Source: an uncultured Candidatus Saccharibacteria bacterium (lineage in GTDB: Bacteria > Patescibacteriota > Minisyncoccia > Minisyncoccales > GWA2-38-27). Taken from it: a stretch of DNA of 64,000 nucleotides. The notes beneath the pieces were generated by a model that was not told the DNA's origin, did no database searches, and saw nothing but the letters and a program-made list of their open reading frames with translations. The position numbers and the translations under genes are program-made. This document shows, one piece after another, positions 1 through 8,922 of this stretch. The stretch spans positions 63,957 through 127,956 of the forward strand of contig CAYMZK010000001.1 in assembly GCA_964394985.1 (NCBI GenBank), in the 5' to 3' direction. The number at the start of each line of letters is the position of its first letter. Positions within the stretch are counted from its first letter, which is position 1.

Positions 1-2
1 AA

Positions 3-818
3 ATATTATCCCTTCAAAGAAACTATCCAAAATCTATTGAAAAATTTGAAGAAATAATAGAAAAAGACAGTATCGTCAAAGAATATGCTATTGCTAACTA
101 TATTGAAGTTCTCAATGTCTACATTTACCAAAATCCAAGAAAAACTATTAACGCTACTCCTCGTGGAATAGAATTGTTAAAAGAAGCTTTAGAAATTAGA
201 CCAAAATATACCAGATACTGGCTATTATTAGGAACCTACTATAATTTATTATTAGAAAACTATTCTGAAATTTATCCTGAATTTGTAGAAGAATGGAAAA
301 ATGGAGCCGAAAGTGCTTTTGACAAAGCGGAAGAATTAAGCCCGAACAGACAAGAAACAGTTCTTAGATGGGCCAAAACAAATATCTTTGTTGGCAATTA
401 CGATAAAGCTGAAGAATTAATAAATAGATGTATTGAGATTAATTCTGATCTAGGAGATTGTTATTGGACTAAAGCTTTGTCTAGGTTTAAACAAAACAAA
501 GCCGAAGAGGCTTTAGAGGCTGTAGAGCTAGCCGAAAAAGCAGGTTATCCGGTCTATACCGATGAAGGAACTATGTTAGAATTGCGCAAAATGTATAGTT
601 ATCTAAAAGATTCTAGTAAATATATCCTTAATCTCTGTAAAGTTTATTACGGACTATTAAATAAAAATTTAGATAATCCGGATTATAGCGTTAGAGCTTT
701 AGCTTGCTACATTAAAGAAGGCAAGACAGAAGAAGCCGAAAAACTTGCTAAGTATCTACGAACTTATCATCCCCAAGTCAAGGAAACAGTAAACAACCTA
801 ATGAATCAAATCCAATAA
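3..818 (+). CDS. TPR-repeat protein, 5'-partial (frame open from window edge)
   Basis: Frame of the 174..818 ORF has no stop back to position 3; helical TPR-like repeats (AESAFDKAEELSPN, AEELINRCIEINSD). Confidence 0.75.
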   Translation: MLSLQRNYPKSIEKFEEIIEKDSIVKEYAIANYIEVLNVYIYQNPRKTINATPRGIELLKEALEIRPKYTRYWLLLGTYYNLLLENYSEIYPEFVEEWKNGAESAFDKAEELSPNRQETVLRWAKTNIFVGNYDKAEELINRCIEINSDLGDCYWTKALSRFKQNKAEEALEAVELAEKAGYPVYTDEGTMLELRKMYSYLKDSSKYILNLCKVYYGLLNKNLDNPDYSVRALACYIKEGKTEEAEKLAKYLRTYHPQVKETVNNLMNQIQ

Positions 819-821
819 GCA

Positions 822-846
822 GTTGCTCGGCTTGGCCGAGCAACCT
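822..846. repeat. REP-like palindrome; may also act as terminator between convergent genes
   Basis: gttgctcggc-ttg-gccgagcaac; its reverse complement recurs at 34133..34157. Confidence 0.7.
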
Positions 847-847
847 G

Positions 848-1903
848 TTATTGTAGTTGGGAGAGATAGATTTGGATTAGTTGGTTTAAGAGATCTATTA
901 TTTGTTGCTGAATAGCCTTTATTTGCTCTTCTAAGAGCTCTTGAGAGCTTTTGGATTCTTCTGGCTCTTCTTCTGGCTCCTCTGGTGTTTCCGGTTCTTT
1001 TGGGGTGTCTGGTTGAGGTGGTTCTGGAGCCTCAACGGTTATCTCTATTTTGTCTCCATTTTCTTCGGTGTTTCCTAGCCAATCTTCTGACTTTGTTTCT
1101 ATGGTATAAGTCCCCTCTTCTATATTATTCCATTGGTATTGCCAGGTAGCATAATTATCTCCGGTTGGCTTTACATCATACCAAGTATCATTTATTTTAA
1201 TTTGAACCCAGGCCGGGGTTGATCCTCCTTGATCTTTGGCTTTTCCTTGAATAGTGATGGTGTCTGATTGAGTTATTTTTTCGGAAGAAAGATTGGTAAT
1301 AACAGATTTTGGCGCAAGATCATCTCTAGAAATAAAATCTCTCAAAGTTTGCTTGCCTGAATTTAAAAGATCTTTGTCGGTTGGTCCATTTTCATCAGCC
1401 ATAAAAATTCCAGTATCTCCAAGATTAAATTTACCATTGTTATTTTTATCATAAAGCTTTGGTATTTTTATTTGAAAATAATTTCCAGCAGTTGCCGATT
1501 CAACTGTTTCGGTACTGATAAAAAATCTTAGCCCACTTTCTGGTGGTTTTACATAAATATCGGTTAAATACCAAGAGTTATTAGTAGAATCATAACTAAA
1601 ATCCCCTATTTTATTATCTTTACCCATTCCTTGAAAACCCTCTTTATCATCATCACTCCACAAGGTTAATTTACTAAAATCATATCTATTTTCAATACTC
1701 CCTTCGTCTTTAATGCTTAAAGAAATTAAATTTCCTTTACTAGGAAGAGTGAAATCTAAAACTAGTTTGTCATATTCTTGAGGATAAAAATAGCTATCTG
1801 GAACTAAATGAAGAGTAACTTCGTCGGCACTAAAACCCAAAGCCACTGTTGGGATTAATAAACAAACGAGTAGTAAAAGTTTACTTATCTGTGACATTGG
1901 CAT
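848..1903 (-). CDS. Secreted protein with Ig-like domain and Pro/Glu linker
   Basis: N-terminal signal peptide; ITIQGKAKD...WQYQW...GTYTIETKSED Ig-like pattern; C-terminal coiled coil. Confidence 0.7.
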   Translation of the reverse strand: MPMSQISKLLLLVCLLIPTVALGFSADEVTLHLVPDSYFYPQEYDKLVLDFTLPSKGNLISLSIKDEGSIENRYDFSKLTLWSDDDKEGFQGMGKDNKIGDFSYDSTNNSWYLTDIYVKPPESGLRFFISTETVESATAGNYFQIKIPKLYDKNNNGKFNLGDTGIFMADENGPTDKDLLNSGKQTLRDFISRDDLAPKSVITNLSSEKITQSDTITIQGKAKDQGGSTPAWVQIKINDTWYDVKPTGDNYATWQYQWNNIEEGTYTIETKSEDWLGNTEENGDKIEITVEAPEPPQPDTPKEPETPEEPEEEPEESKSSQELLEEQIKAIQQQIIDLLNQLIQIYLSQLQ

Positions 1904-1904
1904 A

Positions 1905-2579
1905 TTACTTTAGTTTTTCTAGTTCTCTTTGAACCACTTTATTCTCCGGCATTATCTCTAGAGCTGTTTCATAATACTCAATTGCTTTTTGAGCTTGATC
2001 ATTTCTTTGATAGAAGGTCCCTAGCATAATATATAAATCAACTGGGGCATACTCGTTAATATCTGAGCCCTTTTCAATACCATCTAAAAAAATCTGTTCT
2101 ATGCCTGGATGCTTTTCTGGTATATGAAAACGATAAATCTTTTCTAGTTCTCTATAGGCATTCACCCATTTAGGGGTTTTTTCTATAATCGTTAAATACA
2201 TCTCTTCGGCTTTTTGATAATTTTTTTCAATTAGATAAATATTTCCTAGGTTTTGATAAACAAGGATGCTATCTGGATTAATCTCTAGCGCTTTATGATA
2301 TAATTCCTTGGCTCCATCATAATCTTCTAGCTGATATTTAATTCTGGCAATATCAACTATGGCGGTAACATCTTCTGGACTTTCTTTTAATTTTTCTTTA
2401 GCTTCATTAAGAATAGTTCTTTGATCTTCAGTCAAGTTATCATTTTTTAGCAACTCAACAATTTGTTTTTCGGTTGGAGTTTTGGCTAACTCATCTTTAT
2501 TAAAAATCAAATAAAGACCGCCGATTATAATAACAGCGACAACGATTATAGTGATTATCTTTTTAGTTTTATCATTCAT
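1905..2579 (-). CDS. Membrane-anchored TPR protein
   Basis: N-terminal TM helix followed by TPR repeats (AKELYHKALEINPD, AIEYYETALEIMPEN). Confidence 0.8.
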   Translation of the reverse strand: MNDKTKKIITIIVVAVIIIGGLYLIFNKDELAKTPTEKQIVELLKNDNLTEDQRTILNEAKEKLKESPEDVTAIVDIARIKYQLEDYDGAKELYHKALEINPDSILVYQNLGNIYLIEKNYQKAEEMYLTIIEKTPKWVNAYRELEKIYRFHIPEKHPGIEQIFLDGIEKGSDINEYAPVDLYIMLGTFYQRNDQAQKAIEYYETALEIMPENKVVQRELEKLK

Positions 2580-2684
2580 ATGCTCCTACGAATTACGAAT
2601 TTAATCGAATTGCGAATTTAATTAGTATCTTATTTTTAATTATACAAGATTATACCTTTATTGTAACACAACAAAACAAAAAGA

Positions 2685-2712
2685 AAAGACCCCCGCTTGA
2701 CGGGAGTCCTTT
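2685..2712 (-). terminator. Intrinsic terminator of the surface-protein gene
   Basis: gac-cccg-cttga-cggg-gtc stem with A-run on the left (U-tract on the minus strand). Confidence 0.6.
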
Positions 2713-2739
2713 CCAGCTGTGTAAAACGAGCTTACGAGA

Positions 2740-5700
2740 TTAGTACTCGAGAGCGCCACCAGTAATTGGTGTGTTATCGGTAATTGTCTCGTCTACATCG
2801 TTACTAGCAGTGTTTTGCCACTCAATACCTGAAGTTGTAGCATTTAAGCTTCCACTAGGGTTCTTCTTAAGCTCAACTTGTAAGGTCTTGGTGCTTGCAG
2901 CGCCGGTAGTATCACCAAACAATTTAACTGTCTTGGTGGTATCTTCAGCGATTTCTATGGTTGTAGTAAATGGTTCAACATTCTTGCCGTTCATTGTGGC
3001 GTAAGTACCTCCTGTTGGGTATTGATCACCAAATGAGAAACAGCTAGAACCATCGGCTACTGGATCCATTGGGTAGTAAGTACCAGCTCCGGCAATTACA
3101 TCCCAGAAAGAATCGTAACCACTTTGAGTTAATGTTGCGTAAGTTGTACTTTCGCTAACATCTTTCAAGGTTACACTGCCTGTACCAGTAACAGCTGTGG
3201 CACTACCAGTTACACAGAATTCCATTTCATTAATAGTAATTCTGTCACCAATAGCTTGTAAGTCTAATCTTAGAACTTCTTTACCAGCACCAGCGGTTTG
3301 TGAACCTGAAGGTGAACTGCTGTTCTTGCTTACAACTAAGATACCTTTGTATACTTTGTGGTTATAGGAAGCAATAATGTTTCCGGCACCAGTACCCAAA
3401 GAGTCAATGTTAGTTGCGGTTAAAGTAGTTCCAGAGTCAACACCTGTAGCAATCATGCCGTAACTTCCGGCAATAGCGCTACCGTCTTGACTTGCCCAAA
3501 CACTATCATCACCAGTATTATCACCTAGACCAATGGCCAAGGTGGTATTGTCAGTGATTTGGTCTTTAGCATTAAAGTCAACTTTAATGCTTAGAGTTGT
3601 CCAAGTGTCTTTAGGAATAACTATTTCACCAGCAGCAAGCTCAACTGTTGCATAACCGGTTTCATTTAGAGCGTATCCTCCATCGGCGCCAACTTGGTCG
3701 CCCTCAAAGTATACTTTTACTCTATTTACAGCAGCTCTTACAGCAGCGTCAGCTGAAACTCCTCCGCCTCCAGCAGCAACGTACAATCTAGTAATAGCGA
3801 CATTCTCATTTGATGCGTACATCTCATAAGTCATCATTTCATTACCATCTGTTCCGGCTACAAATTGTGCTTTTGCTGGTGTATCAGCAGCAGCAACAAT
3901 CTTTAGAGTTCCAGAAGTTGTAACTGTTTGAGCTTGACCAGTTCCATTATACCCTTCGGTAATAGCAGTTCCGGTTGACCAACCAGTTGAAGTAACAGTG
4001 GCCGTTGAGCCATCAATTAAAAACTGGTGAGGTTGTGCATCAGCACTAGCTGTTACATCGGCCTTTAAAGTCAATCTTGCGACTGTTCCCTTCTTAATTT
4101 TTAGAGGGGTCTTAAAGGTAAATGTAGTTATCGCAGTGGATGCTTGTGTTGCAGTAGATGTAGTTGTTTCAAGTTTTACAAACTCATCAACACCATCAGT
4201 AGTGTCTGGGTCGCCCCATAACTCTAAGTTGATAATGTCGTCTTCGTAACTTGTGTTAGCAGCACTACCATCAGAAGTATCTAAAGTTACGATTTGAGTA
4301 ACTTTTACATCTTCTCCAGATGTTGAAGTATCTAGATCGAAGTAAGCAAAAGTGTAATCTTGAGCGTTTCGAACTACATTACTTGCAGCTGGAGTACCAG
4401 CAGTAACAACCGTCAAGGATGGACCTTGAACAGTTTGAGTATTTCCTGTTCTAGCTGCGGTAGGAGGAACAGTATCACCACTTGATGTTGTGTAAGTGGT
4501 TTTTCCTGAACTAGCCCCTTTAGCAGTTACAGAACTGGCAGGAATCTCAAAGTCAACTGTTTCCTCAGCCTCTATAGAGCTTGAAACATTTGCCTTAATA
4601 TGAACAGTATTTGTTCCAATAGGCAAAGTATAAGCATCGGTAAAGGTTAATGTTTCATCAGTGCTTGCAGCTGTTGTTGATCCGTCTTTTGGACCAAAAA
4701 GAATGTTACCGTCATCATCGTAACCGGTGATGTTAGTAAAGTCTTCTGCGCTAGCAGTGGTTGGGTCAATTAATACTTGTGTTGAAGTAATATTAACTGA
4801 TTCACCGTAGACATTAAAGTCAAAAGCGGCAATTTCAACTTGGCTTGCGCCAATGGCAATATAACCAGTAGCTGGAGTTGCAGATGACTTTTGAACTGTT
4901 AAATAGCCTTGGTTGATTGTTTGTGTTTGACATGTACCAGCGGAAGTACAGAAATCACTTCTAGCTGGAGTTAATCCATAACTATAGGTGTTTCCAATTA
5001 CTTCAATGGTATATGCTGTTCCGTCATGAAGATCAAAAGCAACTGTTCTACCAGAGCCAGAATCGTTCATATCGGCAATAACACTTAACTCAACATAGCC
5101 ACCCTTAGCAACAGAAATATTTAAGTCATTAAAGACTGCTCTACCATCAGAGTTAAGAGAGTCAACAGTAGCTAAAGTTTCTCCTGTACCATCGTTAACT
5201 AATCTAATATTGGTTACATCAGAAGAGGCAACAGTACCGTTCTTAACGGCAGTTAGTTGCTTTACAGTAAGACCTTCAGCAGAACCTGCCACAATCTTAA
5301 CTTGGGTAAATCTAATGTCTTTGTCGTTAGGGTCAACCGTTAAGTTGGTTGTGTTCCTTGTTCCTAGTGAACCATTGTCCAGGGTTGCTGTACCAATAGT
5401 TACTGAAGAAGTAAGGGTTAAGTTATTTCCTTTTAAAGCGAAGTTTCCAGCAACTGAAGTTGCATCTGATGCAATATCATCAGCGGATTCAACACCAAAA
5501 GCTAAAACATTACCATCGTAAGAATCAGACTTTGTCATGCTTACTTTTACGGTAATAGTTTCGGTGGTATTAGCTGGAACCTCAATGGAAATGTTGCTGA
5601 AGTTGGCTTTATGGTTTGAACCAATGCTTTGGCTGTTTCCAATTTGATTACCATCTTCATCAAAAATCTTGATGTTATCAACAGCAGCGTCTTCACTAAT

Positions 5701-6441
5701 TCCTGATCTTAAAATCTTTAAGGCAGTAACCTCAACTGGGCCACCGTTTGCAGTAAGATCAAGTTTTATAGCTGGAACATTGTAGGCAGCAGCTGTAGCG
5801 TTAGCTGGGACGGTTGCAGCAGATGGTGTATCGCTAGCAACAGCAACAGTTAAAGATCCCGGTGAAGCTGTTGTGTCGTCACCAGTATCATCATCGCCTG
5901 TGTCATCATCGCCCGTATCGTCGTCACCGGTGTCATCACCAGTGTCGTCATCGCTAGTGCCGCTAGCAAGCAATTCATTTAACTTAGCTCTGGTTGTTGT
6001 TCCAACATAACCAGTTCCTGAAGTTAAACCATATACTGCTAAGACTTCATTAGCGTATTTTTCCTGAAACTTAATAACAGCACTTTTAGTTTTTGGACCA
6101 AAGTAGCTAGTTTCTTGTCCAGGGCTTCCAACGCCGGCTGAAAGTTGTGTGTCTGAATCAGAGTTAAGAACTATTTGTAAGCACTTAACATCTGCTCCAG
6201 ATTCACCGACTTTCAAGTTTCGGTCGAAAGAAGTAATTGTACAACCAGTTACTGTGCCCCCTCCTGATGAATCACCAGTCATATCAGCTAACTGATCTTG
6301 CAAAACGCTCAATTGATCCAATAAGGTATTAATTTGAGCTTGCAATTCAGCAGCTGTCAAAGCTGATGCAGGTACAGGAGCAACAATCATAGCAGCAACT
6401 GCTAATCCAGTAATAGTTGCAATAATTCTCTGTTTTATCAT
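2740..6441 (-). CDS. Large S-layer-like surface protein with peptidoglycan-binding domain
   Basis: Signal peptide, LQAQINTLLDQL coiled coil, PG-binding motif (RNLKVGESGADVKCLQ...YFGPKTKSAVIKFQ...GYVGTTTRAKLN), Thr/Ser/Gly-rich beta repeats. Confidence 0.8.
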   Translation of the reverse strand: MIKQRIIATITGLAVAAMIVAPVPASALTAAELQAQINTLLDQLSVLQDQLADMTGDSSGGGTVTGCTITSFDRNLKVGESGADVKCLQIVLNSDSDTQLSAGVGSPGQETSYFGPKTKSAVIKFQEKYANEVLAVYGLTSGTGYVGTTTRAKLNELLASGTSDDDTGDDTGDDDTGDDDTGDDDTGDDTTASPGSLTVAVASDTPSAATVPANATAAAYNVPAIKLDLTANGGPVEVTALKILRSGISEDAAVDNIKIFDEDGNQIGNSQSIGSNHKANFSNISIEVPANTTETITVKVSMTKSDSYDGNVLAFGVESADDIASDATSVAGNFALKGNNLTLTSSVTIGTATLDNGSLGTRNTTNLTVDPNDKDIRFTQVKIVAGSAEGLTVKQLTAVKNGTVASSDVTNIRLVNDGTGETLATVDSLNSDGRAVFNDLNISVAKGGYVELSVIADMNDSGSGRTVAFDLHDGTAYTIEVIGNTYSYGLTPARSDFCTSAGTCQTQTINQGYLTVQKSSATPATGYIAIGASQVEIAAFDFNVYGESVNITSTQVLIDPTTASAEDFTNITGYDDDGNILFGPKDGSTTAASTDETLTFTDAYTLPIGTNTVHIKANVSSSIEAEETVDFEIPASSVTAKGASSGKTTYTTSSGDTVPPTAARTGNTQTVQGPSLTVVTAGTPAASNVVRNAQDYTFAYFDLDTSTSGEDVKVTQIVTLDTSDGSAANTSYEDDIINLELWGDPDTTDGVDEFVKLETTTSTATQASTAITTFTFKTPLKIKKGTVARLTLKADVTASADAQPHQFLIDGSTATVTSTGWSTGTAITEGYNGTGQAQTVTTSGTLKIVAAADTPAKAQFVAGTDGNEMMTYEMYASNENVAITRLYVAAGGGGVSADAAVRAAVNRVKVYFEGDQVGADGGYALNETGYATVELAAGEIVIPKDTWTTLSIKVDFNAKDQITDNTTLAIGLGDNTGDDSVWASQDGSAIAGSYGMIATGVDSGTTLTATNIDSLGTGAGNIIASYNHKVYKGILVVSKNSSSPSGSQTAGAGKEVLRLDLQAIGDRITINEMEFCVTGSATAVTGTGSVTLKDVSESTTYATLTQSGYDSFWDVIAGAGTYYPMDPVADGSSCFSFGDQYPTGGTYATMNGKNVEPFTTTIEIAEDTTKTVKLFGDTTGAASTKTLQVELKKNPSGSLNATTSGIEWQNTASNDVDETITDNTPITGGALEY
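5872..5952 (-). repeat. In-frame DDDTG low-complexity repeat
   Basis: Degenerate 12-15 bp units encoding DDDTGDDTGDDDTG... Confidence 0.85.
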
Positions 6442-6578
6442 GTTTTATCTATCTTTGTTTAATTATTATTATTTGTTTCGCGACCATTAGTCGACCATAG
6501 TTCTTTGTCTTTTGAGTATAAATATTTAGCAGCCAGCCGAATACTCAAAAAATAAAGAGTTATTAATGACCTCCATTG

Positions 6579-7271
6579 TTATTTCAAGAGCAAAGATTCC
6601 AAAGCTTTGGAATACTCTCCTTGCTCATAGTCCGTTTTTATACTATTTAATAGTTCCTTCTCTTCTTCTGTTAAATCTTTGGCTTCCATCTCTTCAATTT
6701 CCCTTTTTACCATTTCAGCTAAATAATTATCTAATTTCTCATTATGGCTAATTTCTACTCCAAGAGATTTTACTTCTTCTTCTTTCTTTTCTAATTTCAC
6801 TAATTCATTAGCTATCTTTTTTTCTTCTCCTTCTTTTAGTTCGTTTACTACTTTTTCAACACTCTCTTTATACTCATTTATCGCTGAAGCTAACTTATTT
6901 ACATCATTATCTTTTGCTATCTTAGTTAAATCAGTCAATCTCTTGTTAGCTAATTCTAAATTATGTTTTGATTGATCTTCTTCAGAAACAAAAAAACTTT
7001 GACCTCTTTCAGTCATCTTTTTAATTGAATAAAGAGAACCGCCCGGTACAGAGTTTTGAGCAAAACCAAAAACCCCGATAAAAGCAACTAAAACAGCTAA
7101 TGTACTAAAGGCTAATTTATGTCCTCTTAACTGATCTAAAAAGAATAAAAAACCGAACTTCTCTGAAGTCTGGTCTTTTAGAATTTGACTCTTGGTCAAA
7201 GAAACCCAATCACTATCGGGCTTAATTGACTTGAGCTCCTTTAATTTTTCTGTGAGTTGTTTTTCAGTCAT
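6579..7271 (-). CDS. DUF5667-type membrane protein (candidate anti-sigma)
   Basis: One TM helix followed by AQNSVPGGSLYSIKKMTE and ANKRL motifs; directly downstream of an ECF sigma factor. Confidence 0.65.
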   Translation of the reverse strand: MTEKQLTEKLKELKSIKPDSDWVSLTKSQILKDQTSEKFGFLFFLDQLRGHKLAFSTLAVLVAFIGVFGFAQNSVPGGSLYSIKKMTERGQSFFVSEEDQSKHNLELANKRLTDLTKIAKDNDVNKLASAINEYKESVEKVVNELKEGEEKKIANELVKLEKKEEEVKSLGVEISHNEKLDNYLAEMVKREIEEMEAKDLTEEEKELLNSIKTDYEQGEYSKALESLLLK

Positions 7272-7306
7272 GGTGTTATAGTTATGACGAAGAAATAGCG
7301 CTTCTG

Positions 7307-7807
7307 TTACACCTCTTTAACCTCATCTCTTATTGCTTTTAGCGCTCTATAAATTGTTACCCTAATATTACCCTCAGATTTATTTAAAATTTTAGCAATT
7401 TCTGAAACGCTTAAATCTTCTACATAGCGCATCGCTACTATATCTTGATATTCTGGCTTAATATTACTCATGGCCAATTGTATTTGTCCAAGGTCGGACA
7501 TTTCTAAGCTTTCCTCTTCTAATCCCTTGCTATCATCTACTACCGGAAGATTGTCTATTTGAACAGTTTGAACTTTCCCCTTCTCTCTATAGTGATCAGT
7601 AACTAAATTACGAGCTACTTGATAAAGAAAAGCTTGAGGATTGTCTATTTTCTTCTTATTACCTCTAAAATAATCCCAAGCCCGAACAAAAGTTTCCGAA
7701 CATAGGTCTTTGGCAATATCTTCTGAATTTACTTTTAGGAATATAAAGCGGTAAATTCTTTCTATATGATCATCGTATATTTTAGAAAATATCTTCTTTT
7801 GATTCAT
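7307..7807 (-). CDS. ECF-family RNA polymerase sigma factor
   Basis: Region 2 (IYRFIFLKV...AKDLCSETFVRAW...FLYQVARNLVTDHYR) and region 4 (MRYVEDLSVSEIAKIL...RVTIYRA); likely start at ATG 7807 (ORF track gives 7834). Confidence 0.9.
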   Translation of the reverse strand: MNQKKIFSKIYDDHIERIYRFIFLKVNSEDIAKDLCSETFVRAWDYFRGNKKKIDNPQAFLYQVARNLVTDHYREKGKVQTVQIDNLPVVDDSKGLEEESLEMSDLGQIQLAMSNIKPEYQDIVAMRYVEDLSVSEIAKILNKSEGNIRVTIYRALKAIRDEVKEV

Positions 7808-7837
7808 CTTAAATGATAGGACAAAAAATGTCAATAT

Positions 7838-8365
7838 TTATGTCCGAGGCAGTGTCCTAACTAATTTATAAAAGGTTTTGTTTCTCTCGCCCATTCTTTT
7901 AACTACCCCCTCTTTCAGTAAGTATTCAAAGTCTCTTCTTAGGGTTCTTTTAGAAACATTGGTTAATATTTTGTTTATCTCCCAAACCTGAACTATTTCT
8001 TTTTTCTCTAATATCTTTATTATCTTTTTTTGTCTTTCTGAAATTTTAACTGAACTAGACTTTATTTCTTTTTGAACTATTTTTTCTTCTTTCTTTTCTG
8101 GTAAATTATCTTTTATTTTACCATACTGTTCTTTAAGACTCAATATGTCAAAATAGCTTACCCAATTCTGCCATTTAGCGATTTCAAAATAGCTATCCAT
8201 TAATTCCAAATCCGCCTTTACTGATTCTTTCTTTAAAGAAATGTAGTTTTCTAAAATCCGATTAGCCACCTCTCTCATTTTGTACCTTAAAGGCTCCTTT
8301 TTAGGGAAAAGTAAAGTAAGCTTGTAGAGCTTATTAGCAAGTTCCGTAATTTCTTCTTGATTCAT
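7838..8365 (-). CDS. Four-helix-bundle plus DeoR-like winged HTH protein
   Basis: LYKLTLLFPKKEPLRYKMR N-terminus; SERQKKII...VSKRTLRRDF...GVVKRMG wHTH. Confidence 0.7.
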   Translation of the reverse strand: MNQEEITELANKLYKLTLLFPKKEPLRYKMREVANRILENYISLKKESVKADLELMDSYFEIAKWQNWVSYFDILSLKEQYGKIKDNLPEKKEEKIVQKEIKSSSVKISERQKKIIKILEKKEIVQVWEINKILTNVSKRTLRRDFEYLLKEGVVKRMGERNKTFYKLVRTLPRT

Positions 8366-8367
8366 TT

Positions 8368-8823
8368 TTAAGATTGTTGTGTTAACCGCTCTACTTCTTG
8401 AGTTATTCTTTCTACTTCTTTAGAGATTCGATCTATTTGTTCTTTAATTCTTAATAACTCTTGTTCAGAGTTATCCACAACTAAAGGAACTTCTTTTGTT
8501 TTTTCGTCTTCAGAAATAATTACCTCTTCGGTTGGTTCGTTTTTAATTATGGTGTCTAAATTTTCCAAGCCATCATCTTCTTCAACAACTGGATAATCTT
8601 TTTTCTTTTCAGAAAGCAGACTTTCCATGTCTATGCTCGTCATATCTAAATCGGGGTCTTCTTGAGTAAGATTTATTTCTGTGCCCAAGCCAACTATCTT
8701 AGTCTTTAACCAAGAAAAATATTTTTGTCCGGAGTTATTGTCTTGAAACAAGAAGACACCAACAAAAACAACAGCTAAAAAGACTAGGACAAGAAGTTTC
8801 TTTTTTAAGTTCTTAGAGTTCAT
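8368..8823 (-). CDS. Hypothetical membrane-anchored protein
   Basis: N-terminal TM helix, acidic linker, C-terminal coiled coil. Confidence 0.6.
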   Translation of the reverse strand: MNSKNLKKKLLVLVFLAVVFVGVFLFQDNNSGQKYFSWLKTKIVGLGTEINLTQEDPDLDMTSIDMESLLSEKKKDYPVVEEDDGLENLDTIIKNEPTEEVIISEDEKTKEVPLVVDNSEQELLRIKEQIDRISKEVERITQEVERLTQQS

Positions 8824-8922
8824 ATGTCAACCTATTGTTAATCTTAATTAATATTTCATTATACATAACCTAATAGGTCGGTCAACCCCGCACCAATTTT
8901 TATCCTAGGATAGCTGTGTTGA

